Below, in pieces: positions 60,141 through 64,000 of a stretch of 64,000 nt of DNA. The DNA is from an uncultured Candidatus Saccharibacteria bacterium (GTDB taxonomy: Bacteria; Patescibacteriota; Saccharimonadia; Saccharimonadales; Saccharimonadaceae), in assembly GCA_964538665.1 (NCBI GenBank), contig CAZIEB010000001.1, positions 7,031-71,030 on the forward strand, read 5' to 3'. The notes under the pieces are model-generated. The model ran no database searches. It was not told the origin of the DNA and saw only the letters and a program-made list of their open reading frames with translations. Positions within the stretch are counted from its first letter, which is position 1. Each line of letters begins with the position of its first letter. The position numbers were made by a program, and so were the translations under genes.

Positions 60141-62327
60141 ATGAATCAAAAAAAGACCAACCCAAGAGTGTCTCATTTTGCCAAGCAGCGTTTGCCGGGT
60201 ATGTCTCGTACGCTCCTCGACCAGATACGTCAGTCGACCACCAGACAGCTCGAAAGCGCCCGCAAAATCGGCTTGCCGGTCGCATCAAACCCACTCTACA
60301 TCAAGTGGCTCCGTGAAGAATCCATGCTTGAGAGCGCCAATCGCCTGTCGAGACGGTATTCGGGTACTGGATTTATGTGGCGAAAACCATATGCGAAACC
60401 TCGTCCACGTAGTGCAGCCACGAGTGCGCCTGTCTGGTACACTGCCTATCCGTTGTCTACCATCACAAAGCCAAGACAAAGTCTGCTCCAAAACCTCGGT
60501 GATGAAGAATTGTGGGAGACGTTCGAACATATTGGCATTCGAGCGATCCACACAGGACCGATGAAGATAGCCGGAGGTATACGCGGCTGGAAACCGACGG
60601 CCAGCATCGATGGCTACTTCGACCGTGTCAGTACAAAGATTGACAATGCGTTTGGTACTGAGGCTCAGTACAAGGCTATGTCCGAGACGGCTATTAGACA
60701 CAACGGTATCGTCATCGATGATATTGTCCCTGGTCACACTGGCAAAGGTCCGGATTTTCGCCTAGCGGAGATGAAGCAGGGTGATTATCCAGGTATTTAT
60801 CACATGATTGAGATAGAGAAAAAGGATTGGGGGCTACTACCCGATGTTGCAGATGGTGCCGATGCCGCAAATCTGTCGCTCGAGCAAGAGGGCGCGCTCA
60901 AGCAGCACGGCTATATTATCGGGCGACTGCAGCGAGTGATTTTTTATGAAAAGGGCGTCAAGGAGACAAACTGGAGTGCGACTCGACCGGTGCGTGGCGT
61001 CGATGGGATTGAGCGCCGCTGGGTGTATTTGCATTATTTTAAGTCTGGTCAACCATCGCTCAACTGGCTCGATCCGAGTTTTGCGGCGATGAAGCTCGTT
61101 GTTGGCGATGCGATTCATTCGCTCGGGGAACTAGGTTCAGGGGGGTTGCGACTCGATGCAAACGGTTTTTTGGGCGTCGAAGTCGGCGAGCCAGATGCAC
61201 CCGCCTGGTCTGAGGGCCATCCTATATCAGCAGCGGCCAATCAATTCATTTCGAGTATGATACGCAAGCTAGGTGGTTTTTCATTCCAAGAACTCAATCT
61301 GTCTATCGACGATATCAAAATGACGAGCGAGCTTGGGGCTGATCTATCGTATGATTTTATCAATCGACCGGCATATCATCACGCGGTTGCGACAGGCGAC
61401 ACAGAATTTTTGCGGCTGATGCTGAGAGAATCACTCAAGATTGGCATCGATCCAGCTGCCTTGGTGCATGCGCTCCAAAACCACGATGAGTTGACGCACG
61501 AGCTTGTGCATTTTTGGACGGTGCATGCCAATGATACCTATACCTACCACGATAAAGATATGACCGGTATGCAGCTGCGCGATACTGTCATCAGGGAGCT
61601 TCGGGCTGCTGCGCTCGACAATGTCGCGTACAACATGACATCGTATGGCGATACGGGTATCTCCTCGACGACCGCGTCGATTATTGCCGCGGGGCTCGGC
61701 TATAGCGATATTACAAATCTCAGTCGAGAGCAGGTAGATACGATACGCCAGGCACACCTACTGCTCGTCAAGTTCAATGCGTGGCAACCAGGGGTATTGG
61801 CATTATCTGGATGGGACTTGGTAGGAGCATTGACACTCGACAGGCAGGAGGTGAGTGAGCTGATACGAGAGGGTGATACTCGTTGGATAAATCGCGGAGC
61901 CTATGACCTGATGGGTGTAAACCCCGACGCGTCGCAGGCCATGAGTGGCCTCAAAAAAGCGCCGAATCTCTACGGTAGTTTACCCGAGCAGCTCAAGGAT
62001 GAAAATTCATTTGCGTCACAGCTAAAATCTCTGCTCGAAACACGAGACAATAGTGGGGTAGCTGTAAGTCGTCAAATCGACATTCCATCAGTTGATCATC
62101 CAAGTATTCTTGTGATGGTGCACGAAACCGAACTTCAACACCTATGTGTGAGCGTCTGTAACTTCTCGCCAGACACGGTGAGCACGACGGTCATCTCTGA
62201 TTATTTTGTGCCAGGGACAAAGATACAAAATATCGAAACCGACCAACCATACGGCGAAGTCAGCGCGCATCAATCATTTGAGGTCTCACTCGATGGGTTT
62301 GGGGCATTGTTGCTGCACATAGCGTGA
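60141..62327 (+). CDS. GH13 alpha-amylase-family glucanotransferase/synthase (trehalose-synthase or maltooligosyl-trehalose-synthase-like)
   Basis: GH13 regions: [12 protein letters not shown] (region I-like), [12 protein letters not shown] (region II with the catalytic Asp) and NHDELTHE (region IV-like). Confidence 0.7.
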   Translation: MNQKKTNPRVSHFAKQRLPGMSRTLLDQIRQSTTRQLESARKIGLPVASNPLYIKWLREESMLESANRLSRRYSGTGFMWRKPYAKPRPRSAATSAPVWYTAYPLSTITKPRQSLLQNLGDEELWETFEHIGIRAIHTGPMKIAGGIRGWKPTASIDGYFDRVSTKIDNAFGTEAQYKAMSETAIRHNGIVIDDIVPGHTGKGPDFRLAEMKQGDYPGIYHMIEIEKKDWGLLPDVADGADAANLSLEQEGALKQHGYIIGRLQRVIFYEKGVKETNWSATRPVRGVDGIERRWVYLHYFKSGQPSLNWLDPSFAAMKLVVGDAIHSLGELGSGGLRLDANGFLGVEVGEPDAPAWSEGHPISAAANQFISSMIRKLGGFSFQELNLSIDDIKMTSELGADLSYDFINRPAYHHAVATGDTEFLRLMLRESLKIGIDPAALVHALQNHDELTHELVHFWTVHANDTYTYHDKDMTGMQLRDTVIRELRAAALDNVAYNMTSYGDTGISSTTASIIAAGLGYSDITNLSREQVDTIRQAHLLLVKFNAWQPGVLALSGWDLVGALTLDRQEVSELIREGDTRWINRGAYDLMGVNPDASQAMSGLKKAPNLYGSLPEQLKDENSFASQLKSLLETRDNSGVAVSRQIDIPSVDHPSILVMVHETELQHLCVSVCNFSPDTVSTTVISDYFVPGTKIQNIETDQPYGEVSAHQSFEVSLDGFGALLLHIA

Positions 62328-62419
62328 GTGGTCGCAATCAGTAGAGTTCTCAGCCTGCAATCTGTTACAATAGTGTGCGTACAAATCGGCACAAATGATT
62401 GTATGGTTATTTCTGGCCT

Positions 62420-62495
62420 GGGGCTGTAGCTCAGTGGTTAGAGCAGCGGGCTCATAACCTGTTGGTCGAAGGTTCAATCCCTTCCAGCCCCACCA
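62420..62495 (+). tRNA. tRNA with anticodon CAT (elongator Met, or Ile2 if lysidine-modified), CCA encoded
   Basis: Cloverleaf folded by hand: acceptor GGGGCTG/CAGCCCC, D arm GCTC-AGTGGTTA-GAGC, anticodon arm GCGGG-CTCATAA-CCTGT, T arm GAAGG-TTCAATC-CCTTC. The paired 1:72 base pair argues against an initiator. Confidence 0.9.
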
Positions 62496-62584
62496 GTAAT
62501 AACTATAGAATGACTGTTGATGTGTCCTGAAGGCCGGATGTGTCGTATCCTCTGGTAGCTGGTATACTTTATAGGATAATCATT

Positions 62585-62989
62585 ATGGATACTTCGCATA
62601 TCTACCATCAGCTGAAACGACACGCCACACTCAACAATATTGTGTTGGTGGCTGCAGGTATTGTGGTGATTGCAAGTATTTGGAACACCATGGCGACGTT
62701 GCAAAAAAACTTCATTCTCCAGCAGCGGGTCAATACACTTGAGCAAGAAATCGCCGTGACACAGCTAGAAGTCGATACACTGCGATTGCAGCGCCAATAC
62801 CTCGAGAGCGAAGAGTACCAAGAGCTCGTTGCTCGTGCAAAACTAGGCAAAGCCGACCCGGGGGAGAGCGTTATCAATCTACCGCCGATACCGAGCACGC
62901 CAGAAGAGGTTACCGGTACCCAGCCTCGTCAACAGAATGATCGATCCAACTTCGATAAGTGGATGGATTTCTTTTTTGGTAGACGCTAA
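62585..62989 (+). CDS. ftsB: FtsB/DivIC-family septum formation initiator
   Basis: One TM, a coiled coil, then YLESEEYQELVARAKLGKADPGESVI, the family's C-terminal signature. Start taken at ATG 62585. Confidence 0.65.
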   Translation: MDTSHIYHQLKRHATLNNIVLVAAGIVVIASIWNTMATLQKNFILQQRVNTLEQEIAVTQLEVDTLRLQRQYLESEEYQELVARAKLGKADPGESVINLPPIPSTPEEVTGTQPRQQNDRSNFDKWMDFFFGRR

Positions 62990-63045
62990 GCACTTGTGCT
63001 TGCCAAAAATTCATATGCTGTTTACTAGATAGTACCTTTTGGTGC

Positions 63046-63567
63046 GTGTCGAGCTATTGTGACACTTCCGTCATGACAGCTCATCCGCGCACCGAGAGGA
63101 ATGCACATGACAACTGGGCGAATCATCGCCGGTACTCCACGAGACCGGGCCGTTTCCAGTTCCCAGGATCTGTGCCGGCAGTCCATCAAAGAGTCATCTT
63201 GGCCTCATGGTTTGATGCTCTCGTCGGCGCATACGAGAATCGCTTCGCGCTTGAGCCAGATGCCGACGTCTTCACGGCAAAGCCTCTGTTCGTTTGGGAT
63301 GACGACAGCTCAGATGGTGTCGGCGTCCTCGTCGTCAGGCCTCAGTCGCTAGATTATGTTAGAAGCTTCAGCAGGCCTCGACGCACCGACAAGGAGATCG
63401 CCAACGGCAAGCTCAAGAAGCTCTTCGCAGACGTCCTGCACGAGATGCTCGAGGAGTACAGCCTCGAGCTCGTCTGGTGGGTAGACCACAAGACTCATTG
63501 TGGCTACAGCAGAGGGCTGCCTTGCCGAGACTGCAAGAGATATCTCGCGTTCATGCCACGCGACTGA
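63046..63567 (+). CDS. Hypothetical protein in a GC-rich segment
   Basis: 173-codon ORF with G/C-ending codons (ctc gag gag tac agc ctc gag ctc gtc...). No family recognised. A terminator follows. Confidence 0.5.
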   Translation: MSSYCDTSVMTAHPRTERNAHDNWANHRRYSTRPGRFQFPGSVPAVHQRVILASWFDALVGAYENRFALEPDADVFTAKPLFVWDDDSSDGVGVLVVRPQSLDYVRSFSRPRRTDKEIANGKLKKLFADVLHEMLEEYSLELVWWVDHKTHCGYSRGLPCRDCKRYLAFMPRD

Positions 63568-63591
63568 CCAGTCATGTACGCGAGCCCTCGC

Positions 63592-63636
63592 CGAAGTAGA
63601 GCCCAGCTCTTTCGGCCGGACTCTACTTCGTTTTAG
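63592..63636 (+). terminator. Stem-loop terminator
   Basis: cgaagtagag-(19 nt)-ctctacttcg followed by tttt. Confidence 0.6.
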
Positions 63637-63664
63637 GCCTATCGGTCACAGGTTCAATTATCAC

Positions 63665-63715
63665 CCTACCAAGATAATACCTCCACATTTACTGTGAGGG
63701 TATTATCTTGGTAGG
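63665..63715. repeat. Long inverted repeat (17 bp perfect, extendable to about 22 bp)
   Basis: cctaccaagataatacc ... ggtattatcttggtagg, with extra caca/tgtg pairing and a 5-nt loop. Confidence 0.8.
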
Positions 63716-63789
63716 CATTCATAGATGAGTTAGAAAAAGAAGTAGTTGATTTTGATTTCATTGAATATGAAACAAAAACTCTCCTGTCT

Positions 63790-64000
63790 TTATTTACTTA
63801 ATGTATAGAGTGTATATCGTGACTCAATATTCACTTTTAGCTTGCTCAACACAGGATTAGATATATCAACAAGCTTCGACTCTATTTGCACATCATTAAG
63901 AATAGATGCTAGATATGTCTTGATTCTATCTGCTTCTTCATCAGTTAAAACTGCGAAGCGAACCGTGTTATTAATATCTTCAGTCACAGAACCAAGAAAA
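63790..64000 (-). CDS. 3' part of a hypothetical gene in AT-rich DNA (may extend beyond the window)
   Basis: The frame stays open to nt 64000. The composition is markedly AT-rich compared with the adjacent GC-rich gene. Confidence 0.35.
   Translation of the reverse strand, partial: FLGSVTEDINNTVRFAVLTDEEADRIKTYLASILNDVQIESKLVDISNPVLSKLKVNIESRYTLYTLSK

Noticed and set aside
62420-63720. A classical tRNA-targeted integrative island downstream of tRNA-Met
   Set aside because: An ordinary ftsB-like gene lies between the tRNA and the GC-rich segment. No integrase is visible, and I could not find a direct repeat of the tRNA 3' end. The compositional anomaly is reported without claiming an integration mechanism.

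Overview
This is a compact, gene-dense bacterial window with no rRNA, CRISPR array, transposase or integrase. By eye the GC content is in the mid to upper 40s percent. The gene content fits a reduced-genome Patescibacteria/CPR organism, possibly Saccharibacteria-like: archaeal-type AspRS, a minimal cell-wall set (PBP1A, MurC), many tiny intergenic gaps, many leaderless-looking starts and very large surface proteins. This lineage call is an inference only. Housekeeping and stress genes sit at both ends: clpB (partial), hsp20 behind a CIRCE-like operator, msrA, gltS-like, CaCA antiporter, corA, VIT1, dsbA-like, aspS, a mutY-like gene, mscS, tsaC, trmB, murC, a GH13 enzyme, tRNA-Met and ftsB-like. 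The centre (about 11.8-32.9 kb) is a cell-envelope accessory region. It holds (i) a plus-strand SipW locus with two TasA-type substrates and a SipW peptidase fused to a polytopic membrane domain. It also holds (ii) a roughly 16-kb minus-strand cluster of three paralogous secreted beta-rich proteins, a DUF916-like anchored partner, a PKD protein, a 1059-aa tail-fibre/CBM-like protein and a 2078-aa Gly-rich/Kelch giant. Next to it is an F-type ATPase operon ordered b-delta-alpha-gamma-beta-epsilon. It has no a or c genes in the window, and the atpE slot holds a 273-aa protein ending in a c-subunit-like hairpin without a carboxylate. Other observations are two decayed SDR genes, GC-rich islands that may be foreign, a cysteine-free MutY-like glycosylase, and a recurring -10 box 6-9 nt upstream of start codons.
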